DNA of 64,000 nt from a bacterium (GCA_027482685.1 JAIXVU010000003.1:38065-102064); one strand, 5' to 3'. Counted from the first letter of the stretch, positions 1-10,640 are shown. The notes: generated from the sequence alone by a model not told the origin. A program made the numbers and translations.

Positions 1-90
1 TAGCCAAGACAATTTTCTTAGTTGTATTGATTTAGTTTCAAGAATTTTTAGTCGAATTTTTAACTAATTACTAATAACCATTAACCAACC

Positions 91-1473
91 ATGTTAGACA
101 TTAAAGCCCTAAAAGTTGCTCTTGAGCAACTAGAACAAGAAAAGAAAATCGCTCATGAAAAAGTCGTAGATGCGGTAGAGAAATCCTTAGCCGCGGCATA
201 CCAAAAGGAATACGGTAAGCGTGGTCAGCTCGTACGTTGCGAGATTAACTTTGATACAGGTGAGACTCACTTTGAACAAGTAAAACTTGTTGTTGATGAG
301 ACTACCGTTCGCATGCCTATAGAAGGCGAGGAAGAAGCTGTTGATGAAAAGCCTGTAGAAGGTACAGAAGGCGAGGAACTCCTCCCACGGTATAACGAAG
401 AGCGTCATATTCTTCTTTCATCTGCAAAACTACTTAAGAAAAATGCAGAACTCGGTGAAGAGATTATCTTCCCTCTTGATAACAAGGATGACTTCGGTCG
501 TATCGCAGCTCAGACTGCAAAGCAGGTTATCGTACAGAAACTTCGCGAAGCAGAACGTGAAAGTATTGTCGGCGAATTTACCGACAAAGAAGAAACTATT
601 GTCTCAGGTATTGTGCAACGTGTTGAACGTGGCACAGCATTCATCGACCTTGGGCGCACAACAGCGATACTTCCTTTCGAAGAGCAGATCCCGTCAGAGA
701 GACTTCGCCCGGGAGAGCGTATTCGCGCGTACCTCTTTTCTATTGAAGAGGGATTCCGTGGGCTCTCTATCCGTCTTTCACGCACACATCCAAAATTCTT
801 GATTGAACTATTCAAAAATGAAAGTGCAGAAATTGCTCAAGGTGTTGTAGAGATAGTCTCAGTTGCTCGTGAACCAGGTAGTCGTTCAAAGATTGCAGTA
901 AAGTCAAACGATGAACGTATCGATCCAATTGGTGCATGTGTTGGCCAGCGTGGAGTACGTGTATCTGCTATCACTGATGAACTATCGGGTGAAAAGATTG
1001 ATGTCATTGAATGGTCACCGGATGCTCGTCGTTTTATTGCAACAGCACTTTCTCCTGCAAAAGTTATCTCTATTGAACTTATTGAGGAGGATAAAAAAGC
1101 AACAGTTACTGTTTCCCCTCTTGAGCAGTCACTAGCTATCGGTAAAGGCGGGCAGAACGTTCGCCTCGCTGCGAAGCTTACTGGTTGGAAGATTGATATC
1201 GTATCAGGCGGAGAGATGATTGCAGAAGTTGCAAATGATGGCACAATAACATCACAACTAGGCATTACGGATGAAACAGTAACAGAAGAAGTCGAAGAAG
1301 TGTTAGAAGCTCTCAATGTAACAGAAGCAGATGCTCCGAAGAACTCTGAAATAGAAGCAAGTACAGAAGTTGTAGAAGTCACAGCTGAAACTACAAGTGA
1401 TGAAGTGATTACAGAAACTACTCCAGAGGTCGTTGAAGAAGTTACTGAGGGAAAATCAGAAGGCCAAAAATAA
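91..1473 (+). CDS. nusA: Transcription termination/antitermination factor NusA with acidic C-terminal tail
   Basis: FGRIAAQTAKQ, S1 domain, KH motifs (AREPGSRSKIAV, AIGKGGQNVRLA). Confidence 0.97.
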   Translation: MLDIKALKVALEQLEQEKKIAHEKVVDAVEKSLAAAYQKEYGKRGQLVRCEINFDTGETHFEQVKLVVDETTVRMPIEGEEEAVDEKPVEGTEGEELLPRYNEERHILLSSAKLLKKNAELGEEIIFPLDNKDDFGRIAAQTAKQVIVQKLREAERESIVGEFTDKEETIVSGIVQRVERGTAFIDLGRTTAILPFEEQIPSERLRPGERIRAYLFSIEEGFRGLSIRLSRTHPKFLIELFKNESAEIAQGVVEIVSVAREPGSRSKIAVKSNDERIDPIGACVGQRGVRVSAITDELSGEKIDVIEWSPDARRFIATALSPAKVISIELIEEDKKATVTVSPLEQSLAIGKGGQNVRLAAKLTGWKIDIVSGGEMIAEVANDGTITSQLGITDETVTEEVEEVLEALNVTEADAPKNSEIEASTEVVEVTAETTSDEVITETTPEVVEEVTEGKSEGQK

Positions 1474-1522
1474 GTATTGCATTATACTATTAACTATTAA
1501 CCACTAACTATTGACCATTCCT

Positions 1523-2056
1523 ATGAATTTACTCCATGACATTTCTTCAGGAAAAAATACTCCTGATGTCATCACTGTTATTGTAGAAATTAACAAAGGC
1601 TCAAAGAACAAGTATGAGCTTGATAAAGAGTCAGGTCTAATTAAACTTGATCGTGTCATGCATACTTCCCAAGATTATCCTTTTGACTATGGGTTTGTTC
1701 CGCAGACTCATTGGCATGACGGTGATCCTCTTGATGTTGTGCTCATCACAACATACCCTCTTATCCCAGGTATATTACTCGATGCTCGTCCAGTTGGTGT
1801 AATGGATATGATAGATAACGGTGAGAGTGATGCGAAGATTATCGCAGTACCAGTAGATGACCCACGTTTCAAAGATGTGAAAGACCTGTCAGATGTGAAT
1901 GCTCATACAATAGAAGAGATCAAGCATTTCTTTGAGACATACAAACAGATACAAAACAAAGTTGTAACTATCCCAACTATCCGTGATGTAGCAGCAGCTA
2001 AAGAAGTTATCCTAGAATCAATTGCATTATATAAGAAAGAATTCAACAAAAATTAA
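1523..2056 (+). CDS. ppa: Family I inorganic pyrophosphatase
   Basis: YPFDYGFVPQT and DGDPLDV motifs; ATG at 1523 preferred over TTG at 1511. Confidence 0.95.
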   Translation: MNLLHDISSGKNTPDVITVIVEINKGSKNKYELDKESGLIKLDRVMHTSQDYPFDYGFVPQTHWHDGDPLDVVLITTYPLIPGILLDARPVGVMDMIDNGESDAKIIAVPVDDPRFKDVKDLSDVNAHTIEEIKHFFETYKQIQNKVVTIPTIRDVAAAKEVILESIALYKKEFNKN

Positions 2057-2140
2057 AACAATCGTATTTTCTGATATGTGCAGTAATTCAATTTCTGCAC
2101 TTAACCATTAACTATCAACCATTAACTATTAATCGTTCCC

Positions 2141-3256
2141 ATGAAAATCGAAAAGAAAAATCTCCCAAAATCAGAAGTCGAATTTACAGTAGCGCTCTCC
2201 CCAGAAGAACTTGAGGTGTATCGCAGCAAGGCTTTTACAAACATCCAAAAATCAGTCGAGATAGACGGTTTCCGTAAAGGTAATGTTCCAGAGGATATCA
2301 TCGTAAAACATTACGGTGATATGATTATCTTAGAAGAGATGGCGAATCTTGCACTCCGTGATGTATATATGAAGGCCATTGATGAACACAAGATCAACCC
2401 AGTTGCTGAACCAACAATTTCAGTTACTAAGCTTGCGAAAGGCAATCCTTTTGAAGTAACTATCACAGTCCCTGTATTACCTGAAGTAGTTATCCCTGAT
2501 TACAAGAAAGTTGCAATTGGTGCTACCAAGGACGAAGAGAAGGTAGAAGTTACCGAAAAAGATGTCGATGATGTTATCGAGGAGCTTCGCAAGGGCCGCG
2601 CTACACAACACAACCATGAACTCCCGCATGACCACGATCATTCACATGATGGACATGACCATCATGATCACGAGGGCCACGATCACGCACATGATCATGA
2701 AGTAAAAGAAGGTGAAGCAAAAGTAGAACCAGCCCTTCCCCCGCTTGATGATGATTTTGCAAAAAGTTTCGGCGACACCTTTACAACTGTTCAAGAGCTA
2801 AAGGCAAAAATTAAAGAAAATCTACAATTAGAAAAGGAGCAAAAAGCTCGCGAGAAGCGTCGTATGGCAATCATGGAGAAGTTGGTTGCAGAATCAAAAG
2901 CTGATCTACCAGATGCGTTAGTTGAAAGCGAACTTACAACAATGCTTGGACAGATGAAGGCTGATATTACAAAGTTTGGCGGAACGTGGGAGGACTATCT
3001 CGCTCACAGTAAAAAAACCGAAGATGAGATCAAGAAAGACTGGAGAAATGACGCAGTAAAGCGTTCTATGAGCCAGCTTATCCTACACAAGATTGCAGAA
3101 CATGAGAAGTTGCAAGCAACTGACGAAGAGATAGAAGTAGAGCTTGTAAGACTAATGGCGCAAATTCAAGATGCTGATGAGAATAGGGCAAAAGCTTACC
3201 TCTATCAAGCGCTTACCAACGAAAAGGTATTAAAGTTTTTGGAAGAAAGCAAATAA
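2141..3256 (+). CDS. tig: Trigger factor; FKBP domain apparently replaced by a His-rich linker
   Basis: GFRKG ribosome-binding motif, LDDDFAK, C-terminal chaperone domain; only 371 aa. Confidence 0.92.
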   Translation: MKIEKKNLPKSEVEFTVALSPEELEVYRSKAFTNIQKSVEIDGFRKGNVPEDIIVKHYGDMIILEEMANLALRDVYMKAIDEHKINPVAEPTISVTKLAKGNPFEVTITVPVLPEVVIPDYKKVAIGATKDEEKVEVTEKDVDDVIEELRKGRATQHNHELPHDHDHSHDGHDHHDHEGHDHAHDHEVKEGEAKVEPALPPLDDDFAKSFGDTFTTVQELKAKIKENLQLEKEQKAREKRRMAIMEKLVAESKADLPDALVESELTTMLGQMKADITKFGGTWEDYLAHSKKTEDEIKKDWRNDAVKRSMSQLILHKIAEHEKLQATDEEIEVELVRLMAQIQDADENRAKAYLYQALTNEKVLKFLEESK

Positions 3257-3258
3257 CC

Positions 3259-3376
3259 GAGCTAGTATTTGGCGTACTCATTGTTGTATTTGTGAAAATA
3301 TTCTTCACTGTACAACTTAGTACACCTCATCATATTTTCACAAATACAACTTCGGATTCCATCCAAATACTAACTC
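3259..3376. repeat. Nested hairpin element with GTAC-N6-GTAC apex (copy A, after tig)
   Basis: tagtatttgg/ccaaatacta outer stem; gttgtatttgtgaaaatat/atattttcacaaatacaac inner stem. Confidence 0.8.
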
Positions 3377-3412
3377 TGCTGATGTAGCGTTTCTTATTGG
3401 GATACAAAGAAC

Positions 3413-3445
3413 TAAAAGAGCGACGCCATAGGCGCCGCTCTTTTA
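3413..3445. terminator. REP-like palindrome / bidirectional terminator
   Basis: taaaagagcgacgcc-ata-ggcgccgctctttta between convergent genes. Confidence 0.75.
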
Positions 3446-3482
3446 TTTTAGATATATATTAAACTTCTGCGCGAGAGATGAA

Positions 3483-4499
3483 TTAATCAGGCAAAAGAAT
3501 ACTTTCTTTTGGCGTAGAAGCATTATGAATTATTTTTTGTATGACCATGCCTAGTTTATCAGAATCATGACGGATGAAACTGCGGAGGTGCGCGATACTA
3601 TCTTTTGGATTGTAGGGTGTTATATAGTGTGAGATGAGAGATTCTGTAACCATGCGAGTATCATGTGGCGTAGTGTTTTGGGTCAGCACACCATCACCTT
3701 CTTGTAACTCATACGCTTCTACCTGCTCTTTACTTGGGGCTTCGGTATTAACTAGGATGTAGTCAGCGCTTTTACCAGTATAGTTTTCTATATCTTTAAC
3801 GTAATCTGCAACAGTCCAGTTAAGTGTATGCCCCTTCTTGTTAGTTAAGTTAGGAATATAGATAATCTTTGTACTACTTTTTGCAAAGGCTTCGCGACAT
3901 CCTGTAACAATGAGGTTAGGTAGTATAGAGCAGTAATGGTTACCAGGGCCGATGATTATGTAATCAGCCTCTATGATTGCATAAGATGCATGAGGATTAA
4001 TTGTTACTGTCTCATCAAGATAAAGTTCTTGGATGGTATTTTCCTTGAAGTTCGTCTGATTAAGAGTATCTTCACCAGTTACGTTATCGCCATTACTTAA
4101 GATTGCATGAAGTGTTGCGATACAGTCAGTTATTGGTAAGACGCGACCACGAACTTTCAGAATATCACTAGCTACTTCTACCCCTTGTGTAAATGATCCT
4201 GTTACTTTTTCTAACCCGGCGAGTAGTATATTACCGAAATTATGTCCAGATAAACCTCCATCTTGGAATCTGTATGACATTAGTTTGCGTACTATCTCTT
4301 GTTGTTCTGAAAGGGCTACGAGACATTGTCGTGCATCCCCTGGAGGAAGCACTCCTAGCTCATCTCGTAATACTCCAGTTGATCCACCATCATCTGTCAT
4401 CGCAACAATAGCGGATATCTCTATATCAGGAATATTCTTAATCCCAGTGAGAAGGGTATAACTCCCCGTTCCCCCACCAATTGTCACTACTTTTTTCAT
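3483..4499 (-). CDS. yvcK: YvcK/GlmR (CofD-like) family protein
   Basis: IGGGTG, DDGGSTG, PPGD, GHNFGN motifs; start MKKVVTIGG. Confidence 0.9.
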   Translation of the reverse strand: MKKVVTIGGGTGSYTLLTGIKNIPDIEISAIVAMTDDGGSTGVLRDELGVLPPGDARQCLVALSEQQEIVRKLMSYRFQDGGLSGHNFGNILLAGLEKVTGSFTQGVEVASDILKVRGRVLPITDCIATLHAILSNGDNVTGEDTLNQTNFKENTIQELYLDETVTINPHASYAIIEADYIIIGPGNHYCSILPNLIVTGCREAFAKSSTKIIYIPNLTNKKGHTLNWTVADYVKDIENYTGKSADYILVNTEAPSKEQVEAYELQEGDGVLTQNTTPHDTRMVTESLISHYITPYNPKDSIAHLRSFIRHDSDKLGMVIQKIIHNASTPKESILLPD

Positions 4500-4629
4500 G
4501 TGGGTATATCCTAACATATATATCTATAATGCAAAAAATTGTAAAATCACCAAACGTTTCAATAAAAAACAATATAAAAAGCGTCATATGACGCTTTTTA
4601 TATTCTAAATTGGCAGAATATTTTAAGGG

Positions 4630-5007
4630 TTATTTCTTCCCATGCTTCACACAGTCATCACATGTGCACTTAATTGCAGCTAGAATACCTCCGATAATTG
4701 CGACATTTTTAAGCGCTGCAGTCATCTGCGTTTGGTCACCAATATTTCCATGAACAAGGATAGTTGCAAGAGCGGTAAATGCTATAAGTATCCATCCTGT
4801 TATTCTTGTTTTGTAACCATAAGCAAAAGCAAGCGCAACAGGAATCTCGATTAAAATAACTATAATAGCAGCTAATTCTGGAAATGGGACACCAAGTCCT
4901 CCAATATCAGAAACTGTTTTAGCGAAGTTTGTAAGTTTCCCAACACCAGCAAGTACGAAAAGTAATGCAATGAGCACACGAGAGACGAGAGCGTAATTGA
5001 TCTTCAT
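4630..5007 (-). CDS. DoxX family membrane protein
   Basis: Four hydrophobic helices; LKNVAIIGG motif. Confidence 0.85.
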   Translation of the reverse strand: MKINYALVSRVLIALLFVLAGVGKLTNFAKTVSDIGGLGVPFPELAAIIVILIEIPVALAFAYGYKTRITGWILIAFTALATILVHGNIGDQTQMTAALKNVAIIGGILAAIKCTCDDCVKHGKK

Positions 5008-5085
5008 ATAAAAAAGTATCTAATTAGTAATGCCTTTATAAGGTATTCTAAGTATAGCATCTAGACCCTCTGCCAACCCCTACTG

Positions 5086-5781
5086 TTACGCACAGGTATA
5101 CGCACAAGCGACAATAGCAGCTGTTTCAGCGCGTAATGTTGTTAACCCAAGCGAAAGTGCTCGTATATTATTAGTGGCGAAGATCTCAACTTCTGCTGGA
5201 CTCCACCCACCTTCAGGTCCAATGAATAGTCCTACAGACTCTTTACTTAACGTATGCACAACATCTTGTATACCGAAACCTCCCATTTGCAATACGTAGC
5301 AGATATCGTTTTTTGACTTATTTTGCAGGATTGTTTGTAAATTCTGTATTGGAAGAATAGTAACTCTATCTCCGCGACCGCATTGTTCTAACGCTTCACG
5401 TGCAATAGTTTCTAGTCGAGATAGGTTAAGATTCTTCTTTTCTGCTCGTTCGGTTATTACAGGCACAATCGTAGATATCCCAAGCTCAGTAGCCTTTTGA
5501 ACTACAAGCTCGAAAAGATCTTTCTTGATAACAGAAAGGTAAAGAGTTACGTTACGCTTAGGTATGATTGAAGGAGACTGCTTCGTGCGTATCAGATGGC
5601 ATGATGATGGACTAACAGATGATAATTGATAAGTAACGTCAGAGCCTTCTCCGTTAAAGAGAATAACAAAATCGCCTTGTGTATATCTAAACACTTTTAT
5701 CCACTGTTTAATTGTAGGAACATCATTTATAACAACATCTTCACCAAGGGGTTGTGATACATAGAAGCGATGTAATCGCAT
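5086..5781 (-). CDS. rsmE: 16S rRNA m3U1498 methyltransferase RsmE
   Basis: QKATELG, EQCGR, IGPEGG, LRAETA motifs; start MRLHRF. Confidence 0.95.
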   Translation of the reverse strand: MRLHRFYVSQPLGEDVVINDVPTIKQWIKVFRYTQGDFVILFNGEGSDVTYQLSSVSPSSCHLIRTKQSPSIIPKRNVTLYLSVIKKDLFELVVQKATELGISTIVPVITERAEKKNLNLSRLETIAREALEQCGRGDRVTILPIQNLQTILQNKSKNDICYVLQMGGFGIQDVVHTLSKESVGLFIGPEGGWSPAEVEIFATNNIRALSLGLTTLRAETAAIVACAYTCA

Positions 5782-5887
5782 GTACTCTACACTACCGATT
5801 CCAAAAAGACATTGCAATATAATAGAAAAGACAATCTTTTTAAAATTAACCACCTGCTGTATTATTTGTAAAAGTTTTATAAAGGAC

Positions 5888-5906
5888 TTATCCACAGTTA
5901 TCCACA
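5888..5906 (+). promoter_or_regulatory. Two tandem perfect DnaA boxes
   Basis: TTATCCACA at 5888-5896 and 5898-5906. Confidence 0.7.
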
Positions 5907-5915
5907 TAAGGACAC

Positions 5916-5944
5916 TTGCATGTAAAAGACATTAGAGATACTAT
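5916..5944 (+). promoter_or_regulatory. Sigma70-type promoter with no convincing downstream ORF
   Basis: TTGCAT-N17-TACTAT. Confidence 0.55.
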
Positions 5945-5950
5945 TAAGGA

Positions 5951-6220
5951 CAGGGTAGATGACGTTAGTAAAAACGCTCACCCGTGCGTTAATCGGGCAA
6001 CTAGTTTACGCACCTCATCTACCACAATTGTTCTTTCCATCGTGGCCCACAAGTTTCTCATTAGGAGCCACCTAATATATGTTTCGCAGAGTTTTTATTC
6101 TCTATTTATAAGCTTTTAGGATGTGAAATCCCATGTAGCTATAACTCTCTTTTAAGAGACATCCCCTGCATTGTGTGTATGAACTATGTTCGTGCCTACA
6201 ATGCAGGGGATTTCTTATTT
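5951..6220 (+). ncRNA. Candidate structured ncRNA
   Basis: Promoter upstream; ggtagatga/tcatctacc-closed hairpin; atcccctgcattgt/acaatgcaggggat stem plus T-rich tail downstream. Confidence 0.35.
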
Positions 6221-6310
6221 CCGAATATTGTCTTTTTAATATATAAGTACTAATCTAAGTTTGATAAACAAAAAGGGCGGACGCTTGCGCGTCCGCCCCA
6301 GACCACATGG

Positions 6311-7090
6311 TTACGTGATCTTTTTCCTCGGGATCATGATGATCCCGAGTATCGCAGTTACCACTGCGACCTGGAACCCCCACCCAGCAAGCTGGTAAAG
6401 TGATTCCACTTCGAGGTACCGAATGGCAACCCAAAGGAGAATCAGGCCCACCGTCAGCTGAAGGAAGAAGTTCAGCTTCTTCCACCCGCCTGCTTTCACA
6501 AAGATCGCGGCGAGGAGGGAGAGGAGGAGGATTGCTTGCGTGCCCACCTGCCAGTTGTTCATCATCGAGAAGATGAACAGAACAGCAGAAGTGCCAATCC
6601 ACACCAAGTTCCAGTGCTTCCGTAGGAACGGAAGGGCAGTGTCTTTGCACCACGTCCACATGTCGTCTCCCTTCTTGTGGTGGATGATGGCACAGGCGAT
6701 GCCGGCGATGATCATCACAACCCCTAGATAGATGTTGCCAGAAATCAGCAACAGCATACCGAGAATCGGTAGAATCCACATCCCCCACTGAACAGGCGTC
6801 CAGTTGGGGAGGAAATTCCTTAGGCTCTTGCTCGCCCGCACCGGACTCGAATGCGCGGTGCGCGGTGCGTAACTGCCACCAGCTGGCGTAGTACGCATGC
6901 GGGGTGTGGCCACGCTCGCCCACAGTTCTTGTCCCGTCGTGGTCCAGCGGATGAACCAGTAGCAGGACAAGATCAAAGCTGGGATGAAAAACCACCCCGC
7001 TCGTGCAAAGTCTCCCAAAACGAGAGACGTCAGCGTTGCTGACAGGAAGAAGGCAGCGAATAAAAGGGAAAATTTTTGAAACTTGACCAA
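6311..7090 (-). CDS. Hypothetical multi-pass membrane protein, GC-rich
   Basis: 259-aa ORF with many hydrophobic helices; GGAGG before TTG start; GC-rich terminator at ~6274-6298. Confidence 0.75.
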   Translation of the reverse strand: MVKFQKFSLLFAAFFLSATLTSLVLGDFARAGWFFIPALILSCYWFIRWTTTGQELWASVATPRMRTTPAGGSYAPRTAHSSPVRASKSLRNFLPNWTPVQWGMWILPILGMLLLISGNIYLGVVMIIAGIACAIIHHKKGDDMWTWCKDTALPFLRKHWNLVWIGTSAVLFIFSMMNNWQVGTQAILLLSLLAAIFVKAGGWKKLNFFLQLTVGLILLWVAIRYLEVESLYQLAGWGFQVAVVTAILGIIMIPRKKIT

Positions 7091-7193
7091 GACGGCCTCC
7101 GTAAATGTTGATGATGTCGCAAGTCGTAGACTTGCGATAGCTCAATGTACAAATGTTAGGAATGTCATTACAACACCCCCAACAACTGGTACT

Positions 7194-7222
7194 ATTATAG
7201 CATAAAAAGTATATTTTGTCAA
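7194..7222 (-). promoter_or_regulatory. Consensus sigma70 promoter
   Basis: TTGACA-N17-TATAAT with extended TG. Confidence 0.8.
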
Positions 7223-7426
7223 TAAATACAAGCCTTATAATATATGGTATATTTCGAGTATCTACTGAACATCAGAAACGATAGAATAACCGTTATATAT
7301 CATAGTAAAGCCTGTATTTGCATTCCATTTTTGATTTTGAAATAGTTGTTACATTAATCATCAACCCTAGTAAGCCCGAGAAAGATGTAACTTCTAGTAC
7401 CTATTAACCATTAACTATTCACTCTC

Positions 7427-8014
7427 ATGTTAATCCCTACTGTTATAGAAAAAAGCCAATTCGGCGAGCGAGCGTATGACATTTACTCACGACTTCTCAA
7501 AGAGCGTATTATCTTCCTTCATGATGAAGTTAACCAAAATACAGCATCACTTGTTGTTGCCCAACTCCTTTTCTTAGAATCTGAAGATCCAAAGAAAGAT
7601 ATCACGCTCTATATCAACTCCCCTGGCGGTAGTATCCAGGCTGGCATGGCAATTATTGATACCATGCATCATATCAAGCCTGATGTTGCAACAGTGTGTA
7701 CCGGTATGGCAGCGTCAATGGGTGCGATGATACTCTCACAAGGCGCAAAAGGTAAGCGTTATGTACTACCAAACTCAGAAGTTATGATCCACCAGCCATT
7801 AACTGGTGTCGAGGGTCAGGCATCTGATATTGAAATAACAGCAAAGCACATTCTACGCCTAAAAGATAAGCTCTATGAAATGTTAGCCGACGCAACAGGA
7901 AAATCAAAAGCACAGATAGAAAAGGATAGCGACCGCGACTACTGGATGTCATCTGATGAAGCAAAGAAGTACGGCATAGTAGATCAGATTCTCAAGCCAA
8001 AACTTTCAAAATAG
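7427..8014 (+). CDS. clpP: ATP-dependent Clp protease proteolytic subunit
   Basis: [30 protein letters not shown]. Confidence 0.98.
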   Translation: MLIPTVIEKSQFGERAYDIYSRLLKERIIFLHDEVNQNTASLVVAQLLFLESEDPKKDITLYINSPGGSIQAGMAIIDTMHHIKPDVATVCTGMAASMGAMILSQGAKGKRYVLPNSEVMIHQPLTGVEGQASDIEITAKHILRLKDKLYEMLADATGKSKAQIEKDSDRDYWMSSDEAKKYGIVDQILKPKLSK

Positions 8015-8015
8015 T

Positions 8016-9530
8016 ATGAGCCCTATTCTTCTTGTAGAAGGAGTTATCGTTTTTGCTGTAGGTATTATAGGCGGATACATTACCCGCCAGTACGTTGCTG
8101 CATCACGTCGTCGAGGTATAGAAGTAGAGATAGAAGAAAAGCTTTTAGTTGCAAGACGTGAGGCTAATAAATTAGAAGAAGAAGCGCTTGCAAAAGTTAC
8201 CACTCTTCGTGACGAGCTTAAGAAGCAAGAAGATCGCATTCAAAAGCAAGAAGAACGCTTAGACATACGAGAGAGCGAACTTGCTAAACGTGCAACAGAA
8301 CTTGCCGAAGAGCAATCTAAAATCCGTACCTCTCTTCAAACTCTTGAACAAAAAGAACACAATATTTCCGCTCGTGAAAAAAGTGTTACTAAAGAATTAG
8401 AACAAGTAGCTAGGCTAACGGGTGATGAGGCACGTGAGATTTTACTCCGCAAAATAACGCGTGAACATGAAGAAGATTTCACTTCGCGCGCTCTCAAGCT
8501 CGCACGTGATGGTGAAGTAAAACTCGAAGAGAAAGCGCGAGATATTTTAGTGAGCAGTATTTATCGTATTGCAAATGGTCCAATTGCGCAGTTTATGACT
8601 TCCACTGTGCTTATTGATGACGAAGAGATAAAAGGAAAAGTTATAGGTAAAGAAGGTCGTAATATCAAGACCTTTGAGCGTATGTCAGGTGTTGAAGTTC
8701 TTATCGATGAAGTTCCTAACGGTATTGTGCTTTCATGTTTTGACCCTGTGAGACGTGCAATTGCAAAGAATGCACTTGAGATGCTAATCAAAGACGGCCG
8801 TATCCAACCAGTAAAGATTGAAGAGTATCTCGAGAAAGCCAAGAAAGATATCGGACTCTTTATGAAAAAGAAAGGCGAAGAAGCAGTCCTTGCATGTGGA
8901 TTACTTTCTATACCAGAGGAGCTTATTCCAATAATCGGACGACTATACTTTCGTACGAGTTACGGGCAGAATGTTCTAGATCATTCTATTGAGATGGCGC
9001 ATATTGCAGGAGTACTCGCACAAGAGCTTGGAGCGGACGTGCATGTTGCAAAGGCAGGAGCGCTATTACATGATATTGGTAAGGCGGTTGACCATGAGAT
9101 ACAAGGAACGCATGTTGAGATAGGACGGAAGATTCTCATGAAGTATGGCGTGGATGAGCGTGTGATACTTGCGATGCAAGCACATCATGAGGAATATCCG
9201 TATGAAACAATCGAATCTATATTAGTCCAAGTAGCAGATGCGATAAGCGGTGGAAGGCCGGGAGCGCGCAGAGATACAGTAGACAGGTATATTAAGCGTC
9301 TTGAGGACCTAGAAGCCCTTGCGATGTCATTTGCGGGCATTGAGCGTGTGTATGCACTACAAGCAGGCCGTGAGATACGCGTGTTCGTCTCCCCTCTACT
9401 TGTGAATGATATTGAAGCACGTAATCTGGCACGAACTATTGCCCTTCGTGTTGAGCAGGAGTTGCGTTTCCCTGGGGAAATTAAAATCCATGTGATTCGC
9501 GAAAGTCGCGTCATCGAATTTGCCCGCTAG
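8016..9530 (+). CDS. rny: Ribonuclease Y
   Basis: N-terminal TM helix, coiled coil, KH (IGKEGRNI) and HD (LLHDIGK) domains. Confidence 0.96.
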   Translation: MSPILLVEGVIVFAVGIIGGYITRQYVAASRRRGIEVEIEEKLLVARREANKLEEEALAKVTTLRDELKKQEDRIQKQEERLDIRESELAKRATELAEEQSKIRTSLQTLEQKEHNISAREKSVTKELEQVARLTGDEAREILLRKITREHEEDFTSRALKLARDGEVKLEEKARDILVSSIYRIANGPIAQFMTSTVLIDDEEIKGKVIGKEGRNIKTFERMSGVEVLIDEVPNGIVLSCFDPVRRAIAKNALEMLIKDGRIQPVKIEEYLEKAKKDIGLFMKKKGEEAVLACGLLSIPEELIPIIGRLYFRTSYGQNVLDHSIEMAHIAGVLAQELGADVHVAKAGALLHDIGKAVDHEIQGTHVEIGRKILMKYGVDERVILAMQAHHEEYPYETIESILVQVADAISGGRPGARRDTVDRYIKRLEDLEALAMSFAGIERVYALQAGREIRVFVSPLLVNDIEARNLARTIALRVEQELRFPGEIKIHVIRESRVIEFAR

Positions 9531-9649
9531 TAAAATATTACCCCATCTACTGCGTTACAGAAAATTTTTCTCCATGCGTCGTACTATAATGTACGCCTTA
9601 GTCGCAAAAATTTCCTGTGCCTTGTACCTGGGGTAATATTTTACTAGCG
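9525..9649. repeat. Nested hairpin element (copy B, after rny)
   Basis: Perfect cgctagtaaaatattacccca/tggggtaatattttactagcg outer stem including the rny stop codon; GTAC-N6-GTAC apex. Confidence 0.85.
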
Positions 9650-9680
9650 AAGTTTGGTGAGAAAAGCGAAATATATTAAA

Positions 9681-9715
9681 TATAAAGAGCGGCGCCGTAG
9701 GCGCCGCTCTTTATA
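9681..9715. terminator. REP-like palindrome / bidirectional terminator
   Basis: tataaagagcggcgcc-gta-ggcgccgctctttata. Confidence 0.8.
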
Positions 9716-9789
9716 TTCCATGTATCAAATTTATAAAACAAAAAACCCGCCAGACTGCGCGGGTTTTCGTGCGGTCGGCGGGCAGATTA

Positions 9790-10029
9790 CTATTTCTGCA
9801 TCTGGGGAGTGGAGTAGGTTCCATCCCCAAGGTTTCTTCGAATGAAGATACGCCCTCCTTGGCCATAGACTAAATCCATCTTCCCATCTCCGTCGACATC
9901 CGTAGCTGACATTGCAGTAATATCCATGATAAATGTGCCGTTCTGGATTACTTCTTGGGTTATTTCTCGACGGCCACAAGCGGACAGCATGACGAGAACC
10001 ACCAAACCAGTGATCAGACGTTTGTTCAT
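9790..10029 (-). CDS. Small lipoprotein with FG-GAP/VCBS-like motif
   Basis: Lipobox LSAC; DVDGDGKMDL and NLGDGTY; GGAG SD; promoter TTGACA-N17-TATTAT at 10107-10079. Confidence 0.7.
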   Translation of the reverse strand: MNKRLITGLVVLVMLSACGRREITQEVIQNGTFIMDITAMSATDVDGDGKMDLVYGQGGRIFIRRNLGDGTYSTPQMQK

Positions 10030-10282
10030 TTACGTTCTCCGAAGTTGGGGAGTGAGAGTTAATTAAAAATCCTATTGTATAATACACTTTTTTATATAAA
10101 ATGTCAAGGGGTATATTTTTTGACACATACCCTATTCCATTGTTGTCTGACTTGCACAAAAACCCATGCAGTATATACTTAATTACATCCTACCGTTTGC
10201 AGGTATGCATACGAGGAAATTAATAAATTTATTTTTGATGTCGTTATCCTAGGAAAATACGACATCACAAACATTCAACTCT

Positions 10283-10555
10283 ATGAATAAAGCAGCTCTC
10301 GTTGAAGCCGTACATCAAGTACTTGGTTCAACAAAGGTTCAGGCCGAAGAAGTGGTAGAAACAGTTTTTGGTTCAATTATCAAAACACTCTCAAAAGGAG
10401 ATGAAGTAGCTATCGCAGGACTCGGTAAGTTCACAGTAAAGCTTCGTAAGGCTCGTGAAGCTCGTAACCCAAAGACAGGTGAAACTGTTAAGGTTCCAGC
10501 AACTAAGGTTCCGAAGTTCTCTGCTGCAAAGGCACTCAAGGACGCAGTTAAGTAA
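10283..10555 (+). CDS. hup: DNA-binding protein HU
   Basis: MNKAALVEAV, ARNPKTGE, PKFSAAKALKDAV. Confidence 0.96.
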   Translation: MNKAALVEAVHQVLGSTKVQAEEVVETVFGSIIKTLSKGDEVAIAGLGKFTVKLRKAREARNPKTGETVKVPATKVPKFSAAKALKDAVK

Positions 10556-10640
10556 TTACGTGTCCTAGTTATATGAATATATAGCTAGTTATACAAACAA
10601 AAAACAGTACCTGTTAGGTACTGTTTTTTGTTTAGGTAGT

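Noticed and set aside
6255-7145. 296-aa alternative-frame ORF
   Set aside because: Shadow frame of the GC-rich membrane gene, which has the SD and a coherent TM pattern.
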